Shown piece by piece: positions 24,386 through 31,887 of a stretch of 37,613 nt of DNA. Numbering within the stretch: position 1 is the stretch's first letter; each line of letters starts with the position of its first letter. Made by a program: the position numbers and the translations under genes. A model generated the notes under the pieces. The model saw only the letters and a program-made list of their open reading frames with translations. It searched no databases and was not told where the DNA came from. The DNA is from a virus (taxonomy: Duplodnaviria > Caudoviricetes), in IMG/VR virus record IMGVR_UViG_3300047282_000135, positions 1 to 37,613 of that record; one strand, 5' to 3'.

Positions 24386-24419
24386 GCCCTCCGGGGCTCC
24401 CCCCTCTATCTCGCCAACC

Positions 24420-24551
24420 ATGATCAACACCATTAACAACACCATCTGTTGCCTGATCGCCGCAGCCGTGTTCGCCATGATCGGCATTGAATCCGGCGCA
24501 CATCACACCACCACTCACTCAGGCACGCAGCAGGTGGTGCGCCATGACTGA
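24420..24551 (+). CDS. Small membrane peptide (43 aa)
   Basis: MINTINNTICCLIAAAVFAMIGIESG..., overlapping the next ATG. It is below the ORF-track size cutoff. Confidence 0.5.
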   Translation: MINTINNTICCLIAAAVFAMIGIESGAHHTTTHSGTQQVVRHD

Positions 24552-24717
24552 ACGCCGCTTCTATTTCACAATCAAAGACGCCAACGTCGTTGAGTGCATC
24601 TCAGCGCATAGCCTCACCGAGGCCAAACTGATCGCCGCCGATACGTGGCTCCCTTGGTGGAACCAGATCGAATGGCTGAACCCTGAAACCGTTACTGACC
24701 CGAACTGCCATGGCTGA
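24544..24717 (+). CDS. Hypothetical protein
   Basis: MTERRFYFTIK..., part of a chain of overlapping ORFs. Confidence 0.55.
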   Translation: MTERRFYFTIKDANVVECISAHSLTEAKLIAADTWLPWWNQIEWLNPETVTDPNCHG

Positions 24718-24937
24718 GGTTGCTGCATTCCAGTGGCGCACAGATCCTGAGACCCTTGGAAGCTATGGCGAGGGCATCAGCCGCCCACGCCACAACGCCC
24801 GCGTGCGTGATTACAAAGTGATCGTCTACCCCAAGAGCGCCCGGCCAGTCACGTGGTACACGCGTGCGGAATCCAAGACTGCTGCCAAACGCTATGCACA
24901 TGCCCGCTGGCCAGGTGCCACGGTGGAGGTGGTGTGA
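24710..24937 (+). CDS. Hypothetical protein
   Basis: 75 aa, part of the overlapping chain. Confidence 0.6.
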   Translation: MAEVAAFQWRTDPETLGSYGEGISRPRHNARVRDYKVIVYPKSARPVTWYTRAESKTAAKRYAHARWPGATVEVV

Positions 24938-25122
24938 GTACCATCCGAGACCGCATCAACCAGCTGATCACAGACTCCGGCGCATACCAGCAGGGGAGGC
25001 AGGATGAGCGCGAGCGCCTGCAACACCTGATTGATATCCGCGTCGATCAGCTGCGTAAGGCGCCACGCACTGAGCTGATCTGCGCTGAACTGCTCCGCAT
25101 CCGTCAACTGCTCGACTCATGA
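24934..25122 (+). CDS. Hypothetical protein
   Basis: GTGA overlap start; YQQGRQDERERL. Confidence 0.55.
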   Translation: MSTIRDRINQLITDSGAYQQGRQDERERLQHLIDIRVDQLRKAPRTELICAELLRIRQLLDS

Positions 25123-25388
25123 CCCACGCCACGTTTCTGGACCAGCAACGCGCCGACATGATGGAGGCGCTTTATAAACGCAGCGGCCGCACCTGCAGCA
25201 CCTACACCGGCTTGTGGGAGGAGTTCTGCCGCGACTTGGCCGCTAACTTCCGCGACACCTACTACCCCGACCTGCTCGAGCGCGTGGTGCGTGCGATGGA
25301 TGCCACCGAGTCGGTGATGACGCAGAAGAACGCGCAGCAGGCGATAGAGGTCTGCCGTCAGCAGCTGCTGGGGGACAAGTGGCGATGA
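25119..25388 (+). CDS. Hypothetical protein
   Basis: ATGA overlap; MMEALYKRSGR...YTGLW. Confidence 0.6.
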   Translation: MTHATFLDQQRADMMEALYKRSGRTCSTYTGLWEEFCRDLAANFRDTYYPDLLERVVRAMDATESVMTQKNAQQAIEVCRQQLLGDKWR

Positions 25389-25732
25389 AGGCCGATACGT
25401 TCACGGCGCCCGGCCTGTTGGTCGTGCGCCAGTGGGATCGGTGGAACGGTGCGCTGTTTATCGCGTGGAAACCGAACGTAAGCATGGCGTTCCGCGATCG
25501 AAAGCTGTTATTGAAGTTTGTGGCGTGGCCGATCAAGACACCCACCGGCGACCGCTTCCGCGAATGGCTGAACAGTTTTGAGAAGCAGCCACACGCAACG
25601 GAGCCTTTAACAAGCGCGTCTGTTGTTCAAGGTGATGAAGCCAGCCTTTCACAAGAATTGCTAGCCACCGGCTTCGGACCTGAGTGCCACGACGAAGAAG
25701 ATCCAGCACTCAGCACCAAGATGATCATCTGA
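25385..25732 (+). CDS. Hypothetical protein
   Basis: ATGA overlap; 115 aa. Confidence 0.55.
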   Translation: MKADTFTAPGLLVVRQWDRWNGALFIAWKPNVSMAFRDRKLLLKFVAWPIKTPTGDRFREWLNSFEKQPHATEPLTSASVVQGDEASLSQELLATGFGPECHDEEDPALSTKMII

Positions 25733-25761
25733 CCCAGAAGATCTACACACTTCTCTTCCTC

Positions 25762-26091
25762 ATGACTAACAACATCTACCCACCCGATCACCTCCTTAAA
25801 AAGTGGGAGGAATTGATCATCGATGAAGAACAAAATGTCGATCTGGTGCTGTACGAAGCCTTCCAAGCTGGCGCCGACCAGGAACTGGAGGCGTGTTGTG
25901 AGTGGCTTCACTGGCAAAATCTAGCGACACACCCGGAGCTAATCCCATCACTCCGCGCCGCACGCCGCCCCAATCCGCCGAGCTTGAAGGAGCAGGCGCT
26001 CCACGAGATTGCGGGTGTCTACAACAGAGACGAAATAGACGATGCCGCCTACGACATCATCCGCCGCGCCCTGGAGCAACTCGATGACTGA
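25762..26091 (+). CDS. Hypothetical protein, cyanophage-type family
   Basis: GADQELEACCEWL...LRAARRP..SLKEQAL...IRRALEQL. Confidence 0.65.
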   Translation: MTNNIYPPDHLLKKWEELIIDEEQNVDLVLYEAFQAGADQELEACCEWLHWQNLATHPELIPSLRAARRPNPPSLKEQALHEIAGVYNRDEIDDAAYDIIRRALEQLDD

Positions 26092-26617
26092 TTACACAGC
26101 AACGCCCAAGCAATGGGCCGAAATAGAGCATTGGTCTGATGAATACGGCTACGCTCCTCAAACCTGCATCCTTGAACTCCGCGCCAGGGTCGAGACACTG
26201 GAAGCTGCGGCTCACAAGCACATCGTCGAAACCAGCGCCAACATCTTGGCTCTGGCGAGCCGGGTCGAGGCGCTGGAAGCTGCCAAACGCCAAGCGTCAA
26301 AAGTCCTAGATGTTAGTGATCTGCCACAGTGGACGCCAGAACAAGCGCAGCAGATTGCTGACCTGCTCACGCTCAACTCATCAGCGACGCTTACAAGTTA
26401 CAACTATCCGGCCAAGCCAGATAGTTCGCTGGTAAAGCGGGTCGCGCTTGCTATCAGCGGCATCGAATACGGATTGGAACGGGACGAGGAGGCGGCCAAC
26501 TGGGCATCCGAAGCCCGCGCCGCGATCCGCGAGGTGGCCGCGTGGATGAGTAGCAATCCCGACCACCACTTCCCGCCAGCCCTTGTATTTGCTCTTGAGC
26601 ATGAGGCCGAGATATGA
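26084..26617 (+). CDS. Hypothetical coiled-coil protein
   Basis: CILELRARVETLE, SLVKRVA and EARAAIREVAAW. Confidence 0.6.
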   Translation: MTDYTATPKQWAEIEHWSDEYGYAPQTCILELRARVETLEAAAHKHIVETSANILALASRVEALEAAKRQASKVLDVSDLPQWTPEQAQQIADLLTLNSSATLTSYNYPAKPDSSLVKRVALAISGIEYGLERDEEAANWASEARAAIREVAAWMSSNPDHHFPPALVFALEHEAEI

Positions 26618-26796
26618 CCGATTACAAGTTTGTGCCACTTGACAGTCTTGAGAATCGCCTTGGCGATGCCCTTGGCCTAGCAATCGCCATGATCCGCAAG
26701 CCTGAGACTATCGACAACAAAGCCATGGCTCAGATCGAGGCGCCATTCAAGGAATGGTGTGATGCTCTCGTTGATGGAGGTCTACTCAATGACTGA
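26614..26796 (+). CDS. Hypothetical protein
   Basis: 60 aa with ATGA overlap. Confidence 0.55.
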   Translation: MTDYKFVPLDSLENRLGDALGLAIAMIRKPETIDNKAMAQIEAPFKEWCDALVDGGLLND

Positions 26797-27010
26797 CCAG
26801 ATCAACCCCGACCACTACAAACACGGACCGGCAGAAGCGATCGACGTGATCGAGGCTGCCATCGCCCGCGCGCCCAATCCGGTGCTCGGCAACTGCCAAG
26901 GGCATGTCCTGCGCTACATCCTGAGGATGTGGGACAAGGGTGATCCAGCCGTGAACGCTGCCAAGGCCCGGTGGTATTTGAACCGCCTGCTCGGCAAACT
27001 GGAGGGATGA
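26789..27010 (+). CDS. DUF3310-family protein
   Basis: INPDHYK..EAIDVIE..G.VLRY..R...K....KARWYL. Confidence 0.8.
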   Translation: MTDQINPDHYKHGPAEAIDVIEAAIARAPNPVLGNCQGHVLRYILRMWDKGDPAVNAAKARWYLNRLLGKLEG

Positions 27011-27237
27011 TGCACCTGCCGGGGCTGAACCTGATTGAACGCCTGGCGCTCTGGGTGCTGGTGCGTAGCCCGCGCACCAGTTTGGTTGTGGTGAAGGAGC
27101 ACCTCTGGCCAACGGTGTTTGCCGCGGCCGATCCATCGGATGATGTGGCCTGCTACGTCACCAACGGCCACGCAGAGCCGGCCTCGATGCAGCTGGAGCG
27201 GATCTTTCACCTGCCGGCATACGGCGAGGAAGAATGA
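27007..27237 (+). CDS. Hypothetical protein
   Basis: ATGA overlaps at both ends. Confidence 0.55.
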   Translation: MMHLPGLNLIERLALWVLVRSPRTSLVVVKEHLWPTVFAAADPSDDVACYVTNGHAEPASMQLERIFHLPAYGEEE

Positions 27238-27566
27238 TCAGTCTTCACGCCGGCCGGCTGCTCCTGTTCTGCGATCGCGCAGACCGGACGTGGCACTGCA
27301 GGGTGGTGTTGGGGCCTAAGCCAGAGCACCAGGTGGAGGCTGACACTGGCGCCATCCAGCTGCAGGATGCGCTGCTGCGTGCGCAGTCGATCTATAGCGC
27401 CGCGGTGGCGAGGATCCGGCCGGTGACGGAGCCGCGGCTGTGTTGGGACTGCGTGCAGTGGGACCATCCACGGCGACGCTGCAGCTTGGACTTCCCTGAG
27501 GCGCGGCAGAGTGGGGGAAGGTACGCCGCCCGGTGTGAGGTGTATGTCGCAGCCAACGATCGTTAG
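27234..27566 (+). CDS. Hypothetical Cys-rich protein
   Basis: CWDCVQW...C...FPE...C pattern. Confidence 0.6.
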   Translation: MISLHAGRLLLFCDRADRTWHCRVVLGPKPEHQVEADTGAIQLQDALLRAQSIYSAAVARIRPVTEPRLCWDCVQWDHPRRRCSLDFPEARQSGGRYAARCEVYVAANDR

Positions 27567-27717
27567 CCGCACCGACCGCGATGGCGGATGGATCGAAACG
27601 CTGGAGCCTGATGGTGGCGGTGAGCTGTACTACCGCAGCTGCGTCGGTGGGATCTGCCGCTATAGCTCTGATCTGTGGCAGGCCGAGCTGTATCTCGATC
27701 ATCTGCTGGCCCGCTGA
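27544..27717 (+). CDS. Hypothetical protein
   Basis: YYRSCVGGICRYSSDLWQAELYL. Confidence 0.55.
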   Translation: MSQPTIVSRTDRDGGWIETLEPDGGGELYYRSCVGGICRYSSDLWQAELYLDHLLAR

Positions 27718-27803
27718 TGCTGCGCGACGTGCTGATCCTGATCGTTGAGTATTGGGTGACCTGCTGGATCGCGCTGTGGGTATGCAGCAGGATCCTGCCT
27801 TGA
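27717..27803 (+). CDS. Small hydrophobic peptide (28 aa)
   Basis: TGATG overlap; MLRDVLILIVEYWVTCWIALWVCSRILP. Confidence 0.4.
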   Translation: MLRDVLILIVEYWVTCWIALWVCSRILP

Positions 27804-27899
27804 TTGGGTTGCCCGGTAGCTGGTCCTCACGCGGTGCCAACCTCACCGCTGCCGGGCACAGCGGACGCCTCAGACCTAAGAAAGGTTGAGGCCAGAATC

Positions 27900-28205
27900 T
27901 TAGCCACCATCGTGTAGCCACTGCGCGATTGCCCACTCGCCCAGTGCAGTCCAGAACGGCTGAGAGCGATACCAGTCCACCCATGGCTTATGGCCTTTGC
28001 TGCAGTTGCAGCCCATGCAGCAGGCCACCAGGTTTGATGGCGTGGTGGTGCCACCGTGCGCTTTGGGGATGACGTGATCAATGGTTGGGCTGCGGCCTAG
28101 ATCGTCGCCGCAGTAGGCGCACTGATAGTTCCAGGCCAGGAGGATCTGATCACGCGCTGATCGCCGTGTGACCAGTCTCGTCTCGTCAATCCTGTGACGA
28201 TCCAC
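27900..28205 (-). CDS. HNH endonuclease
   Basis: CAYCG...TIDHVIPKAHGG...NLVACCMGCNCSKG. Confidence 0.88.
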   Translation of the reverse strand: MDRHRIDETRLVTRRSARDQILLAWNYQCAYCGDDLGRSPTIDHVIPKAHGGTTTPSNLVACCMGCNCSKGHKPWVDWYRSQPFWTALGEWAIAQWLHDGG

Positions 28206-28371
28206 CGAGATCAGCTGGCAACGGGACGGCGTTCACTTCGATGTCGATAATGTCGTCGTCTGATGGGATGAACTCCGCCAAGTGCGAATAGATATCCGCT
28301 GGCAGATCATCGGGATCCGTGTCAGATCGATAGATCAGCTTGGCGGAGATCTCTAGGTAGAACGCCCGCAT
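28186..28371 (-). CDS. Hypothetical acidic protein
   Basis: 61-aa ORF overlapping the HNH start. Confidence 0.55.
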   Translation of the reverse strand: MRAFYLEISAKLIYRSDTDPDDLPADIYSHLAEFIPSDDDIIDIEVNAVPLPADLGGSSQD

Positions 28372-28474
28372 GGGCTAGCCGCCGCTTGGCACACGGTAGC
28401 GGTCGCAACTAAGTCTCACGAGACTGCAGAATTGCTATGGGATTCAGCAGCAGGATTCGCGCTACCGTCCCGCA

Positions 28475-28687
28475 ATGCAATACATCCTCCGCATCGGCCC
28501 GTGGCATATCGGGCCATTCACCACTCATCAGGCCGCCAGCCACTTCGCTGAAAGCCATGGCTGTGATGACTACACGATGGTGCCAATGGATGATCCAGCC
28601 GAGGCTCCAAGCAAGATCATTCGGCTGCGCATGGCGCCGCTCGATCACCCAATGAAAAAGGCGCCGGTGGCTGAGGCCAGCGCCTAG
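28475..28687 (+). CDS. Hypothetical protein
   Basis: 70 aa; IGPWHIGPFTT...FAESHG. Confidence 0.55.
   Translation: MQYILRIGPWHIGPFTTHQAASHFAESHGCDDYTMVPMDDPAEAPSKIIRLRMAPLDHPMKKAPVAEASA
28655..28685 (-). terminator. Putative intrinsic terminator downstream of dcd
   Basis: Minus-strand stem AGGCGC-TGGC-CTCA-GCCA-CCG-GCGCCT running into a short T tract. Confidence 0.4.
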
Positions 28688-28711
28688 GTGCCTTGACTCT
28701 CCGAACGAACG

Positions 28712-29245
28712 CTAGCCCTTCGATCCAGTGACGCCCAGGTCTGCGTTATATCTTCCGGTTTCGGCGTAGCTGCGCTCCACGGTTCCGCTAACCAGCAGGA
28801 ACTTCATCTGACCAATACGCAGGCCGGGCCAAATCGGCAACGGATGCAGCCGCCGCTGATTGCGTAGCTCCATGGTGAGCCTGCTGCCAAACCACCCTGG
28901 ATCCGCCCAGCCGGCCTCTGCATGGTCCCAACCCTCACGTGCCCGGCTGGACTTCAGCACGAACTGCGCGCCGACATGGTGGGGCAGGTTGAAGATCTCC
29001 TGCGTTTCAGCCAGGAAGAATTCACCAGGCTGAATCCAGAACGGATCCTGTTGCGTGTGGCCATGCAGCTGCACCTTCTGCAGCTCTGCTGTGCTGGCAA
29101 CTTCCATCATGATCTGGCCGCCAAGCGTCACGTCATAACTGGCCGGGTTCAGCTGAGCTTCGTTATATGGCGACAGCATCGAATGCTGTTGACACAGTCG
29201 GCGGATCTCGTGGTCAGGTAGCAGCACAGCAGATAGCGGTAGCAT
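28712..29245 (-). CDS. dcd: dCTP deaminase
   Basis: LNPASYDVTLG, PGEFFLAET, KSSRAREG, AGWADPGW, MEL and IGQM. The start is the ATG at 29245 or the GTG at 29227. Confidence 0.92.
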   Translation of the reverse strand: MLPLSAVLLPDHEIRRLCQQHSMLSPYNEAQLNPASYDVTLGGQIMMEVASTAELQKVQLHGHTQQDPFWIQPGEFFLAETQEIFNLPHHVGAQFVLKSSRAREGWDHAEAGWADPGWFGSRLTMELRNQRRLHPLPIWPGLRIGQMKFLLVSGTVERSYAETGRYNADLGVTGSKG

Positions 29246-29302
29246 TGGGGTGCCCCAGCGGGTTGCCGCCCCTGGAGCGTGACCACCTGCAATCACCAGG
29301 CG

Positions 29303-29734
29303 ATGACCACCAGCGTAGAGGTGTGGAAGCCCGTTGTCGGCCACGAGGGCCTGTACGAGGTTTCCGATCAGGGTCGGGTGAGGAGCCTGGATCGCACAAT
29401 CCAAACCCGATCCAGCAAGCGCACTTACAAAGGACAGCTGATCAAGCCGACCTCAAGCGGCAAAAAGGGGTACCTAGTCGTTCGATTGTCGTGGCCCGCG
29501 CGACAAAAGTTTTATGTTCATGCACTTGTTGCAGCTGCTTTTCACGGCCCGAGGCCAACCGGCTTTGATTGTCGGCATTTGAATGACAATCATTTAGACA
29601 ACAGAGCAAGCAACTTGGCTTGGGGAACGCGGGAAGAAAACATGCGAGACGCTAGGCGGAACGGAAAACTGGCAACAGGAGACAGGTGCAAATGGCAATA
29701 TCGCAGCAGAAACAAACTAGGACAGTTTCAGTAA
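29303..29734 (+). CDS. NUMOD4-HNH homing endonuclease
   Basis: EVWKPVVGHEGLYEVSDQGRVRS (NUMOD4) and CRHLNDNHLDNRASNLAWGTREEN. Confidence 0.9.
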   Translation: MTTSVEVWKPVVGHEGLYEVSDQGRVRSLDRTIQTRSSKRTYKGQLIKPTSSGKKGYLVVRLSWPARQKFYVHALVAAAFHGPRPTGFDCRHLNDNHLDNRASNLAWGTREENMRDARRNGKLATGDRCKWQYRSRNKLGQFQ

Positions 29735-30810
29735 TCCCAAACAACTCTGGGACGCCCTTTTCTGATTCCAGTGTGGATGAATCCGCGAGGCGCTCCTTTG
29801 CCGGTGCTGAATGGCCAGTTCTTGATGCACCATTCCTGCAGCTTGTAGATATCGACTCCTTGGATGTACCAGTCGACCGCGCCAACGCCTAGTGCGTTGT
29901 AAAGATGCTCGCTCCCGCTGGCCCCGCCGACTGAGCGATTCACGGCTGGCGGTCTGAAGCCGCTGGTGATGATGATCGGCTTTCCGCCAAATGCCGTCCG
30001 GGCACGCTCCAAGAATGCAGCCAGCTCAGCCGCAGTGTCCAGCTGGTATTGGTGCTGGAACCGCCGCGCTTCCTGATCCAGCGCAAATTCCCCCAACCTG
30101 ATGTGCGGCGTAATCCGCGCATTGAATGGGCTGCTGGACCGCAGCTTTGCAGTTTCAGGCTCGGCCGCAGCTTGATGCTGCCCCCATAGCTTGCCTTCTG
30201 CACGGCGCCGCCGCAGCAGGCCAGCTTCCACGTTGGTGCCAGGGTTCCTGTACAACTCCATCGCGGCAGGCACCGCAGCCCAGTCACGGTCGCGCAGCTT
30301 GGCCGTGATCGTCTCAAACCCAGCGGTGCCATAGAAGCCTGCGCCGAGGTTGTAGGCAAAGCTCACTAGCGCTGATCGCTGCTGGTCATCCATCACCTTC
30401 CAGTGCGGGATGGTGGTGCGCAGCTTGTCAGCAATGCGATCCACCTCCAGCCGCAACAGCATGTCGGCCTCGATCACGTTGATCTTATCGCCGCGCTTCA
30501 CGGGCACGCCGCCGCTGTAGCGCGTGGTGCCATAGCCAATGGTCCACGGGTCACCGCCGCTAAGCGGATCGGGATAGGCCGAGAGGTGGCAGCCTTCAAA
30601 CTCCCGAATCAAGCTGATCGCGGCGCTTAGGTCGCTTTGCTTGCCGTCTTGGCTCCACGTCTGAAACCACTCTCGATCCCTGCGCATCACGGCGTCGTAG
30701 CCGTTGGCGCTCAGATCGGTTTCTAACTGCTGAATCGCGGCGGTTTGATGCGGCAGCGCCTTGTAATACCTGAACAGCTGCTGCAACGAGATTCGCGCGT
30801 CGTTGGCCAT
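29728..30810 (-). CDS. Endolysin: GH24 lysozyme plus M15-type peptidase
   Basis: FEGCHLSAYPD...WTIGYG, ALVSFAYNLG and GLLRRRRAE. The C-terminus has TSGFRP...SEHL...AVD...FIH. Confidence 0.9.
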   Translation of the reverse strand: MANDARISLQQLFRYYKALPHQTAAIQQLETDLSANGYDAVMRRDREWFQTWSQDGKQSDLSAAISLIREFEGCHLSAYPDPLSGGDPWTIGYGTTRYSGGVPVKRGDKINVIEADMLLRLEVDRIADKLRTTIPHWKVMDDQQRSALVSFAYNLGAGFYGTAGFETITAKLRDRDWAAVPAAMELYRNPGTNVEAGLLRRRRAEGKLWGQHQAAAEPETAKLRSSSPFNARITPHIRLGEFALDQEARRFQHQYQLDTAAELAAFLERARTAFGGKPIIITSGFRPPAVNRSVGGASGSEHLYNALGVGAVDWYIQGVDIYKLQEWCIKNWPFSTGKGAPRGFIHTGIRKGRPRVVWDY

Positions 30811-30813
30811 GAT

Positions 30814-30960
30814 TCAGCGGCGCTGCTTTGGGAAGGCCAGTTGCAAAGCCTTAAAGATCAGCTGCACCCAGCTGTTGGATTTAAGCGGTGATACTGCAAT
30901 GATCTCGCTGCCTGCTGCAACGATGATGGCAATCACCGCAATGGTGGTGGCCTGATCCAT
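30814..30960 (-). CDS. Holin-like small membrane protein (48 aa)
   Basis: MDQATTIAVIAIIVAAGSEIIAVSPLKSNSWVQLIFKALQLAFPKQRR, directly upstream of the endolysin. Confidence 0.6.
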   Translation of the reverse strand: MDQATTIAVIAIIVAAGSEIIAVSPLKSNSWVQLIFKALQLAFPKQRR

Positions 30961-30962
30961 GA

Positions 30963-31214
30963 TCAGCACGATGGTGGACGTGCTTCCAACTTAGAGACGC
31001 GCTGCTCTACCGTCGACAGCCGCCCGAATGTCTCCTTTCGGTCTTCCTTGATATCGGTGTGGAGCACCTCAAGCTGTGAGGCGATGTGCTCCACCGCTGA
31101 GGTGAGCCTGATTACCGCCTCGCGGGCTTCATCAGATTTGCGACTGAAGCCAGCAGCACCCATGGCTGCCACTGAAATTGAAGCGCCGGCAATGGCGGCA
31201 ATGACTTCGATCAT
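30963..31214 (-). CDS. Membrane-anchored coiled-coil protein (lysis region)
   Basis: Hydrophobic N-terminus followed by a coiled coil. Confidence 0.65.
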   Translation of the reverse strand: MIEVIAAIAGASISVAAMGAAGFSRKSDEAREAVIRLTSAVEHIASQLEVLHTDIKEDRKETFGRLSTVEQRVSKLEARPPSC

Positions 31215-31239
31215 GGCGCCATGGGGCTACCTGTTCAGC

Positions 31240-31377
31240 TTACCGACCTTGCCCGCGTAAGGGCTTCTTGCCGCGACGGCGTGGACGGCTATGTTGCCCG
31301 AACCCCTGACGGGTTGTTTTCGGGCGTCCGGGTTGATGCTCGATGCGAGCCGTGCCAGTCTTACTCTTGACCGCCAT
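31240..31377 (-). CDS. Small highly basic protein (45 aa)
   Basis: MAVKSKTGTARIEHQPGRPKTTRQGFGQHSRPRRRGKKPLRGQGR. It fills the gap between neighbouring genes. Confidence 0.6.
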   Translation of the reverse strand: MAVKSKTGTARIEHQPGRPKTTRQGFGQHSRPRRRGKKPLRGQGR

Positions 31378-31867
31378 CTTCTGGTGCCTCGATTACGGGT
31401 GCGGGTGCGTAGGGATCAGCAGGCCATGCTGGGTAGTCTGCGCCAGTGATGTATGCGGCAAGTGCTGCGGTATCGGCGGTCTGCTCGATCTCGTAGTTCT
31501 TGCTGCCAGCGGCTAGGCGGATTTCTTCGCGCCAAGTCTTCAGGACAGGATCGGCGGCTTTGCCGTTATCAGCCTCGCGGATGATGATCCAATCCGTTGG
31601 CTGCAGCAGCGTGTTAGCGGTTGTGCGTGTTTGCTGCGTCCATTGCTCCACCAGTTGCGCGTGATCTTTAGGGATCAGGGCGCCGTCAGCGTCATAACCC
31701 CAGTAGAAGCGCTGGTCGTAGGGCTGAGGGTCGGGTGCTTCGGTGATGCCGATGGCTTCGCGTTCCGCAGGCGTCGCTAGGCGCAGCCAGTTGGCTGGGT
31801 ATTGCGTGCCATCGGGCGTGGTGAACGCCACGTCTGGGCTGAGGGGTTTGCCGTCAAGAATGAACAT
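31361..31867 (-). CDS. Tail fibre assembly / chaperone-like protein
   Basis: YPANWL, YDQRFYW and LLQPTDW...WREEIR, following the fibre gene. Confidence 0.7.
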   Translation of the reverse strand: MFILDGKPLSPDVAFTTPDGTQYPANWLRLATPAEREAIGITEAPDPQPYDQRFYWGYDADGALIPKDHAQLVEQWTQQTRTTANTLLQPTDWIIIREADNGKAADPVLKTWREEIRLAAGSKNYEIEQTADTAALAAYITGADYPAWPADPYAPAPVIEAPEDGGQE

Positions 31868-31887
31868 GGCTCGCTAGTGGGTAGTGG

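Noticed and set aside
29246-29404. N-terminal extension of dcd to 29404
   Set aside because: It overlaps the antisense NUMOD4-HNH gene, and deaminase similarity starts at about 29227-29245.
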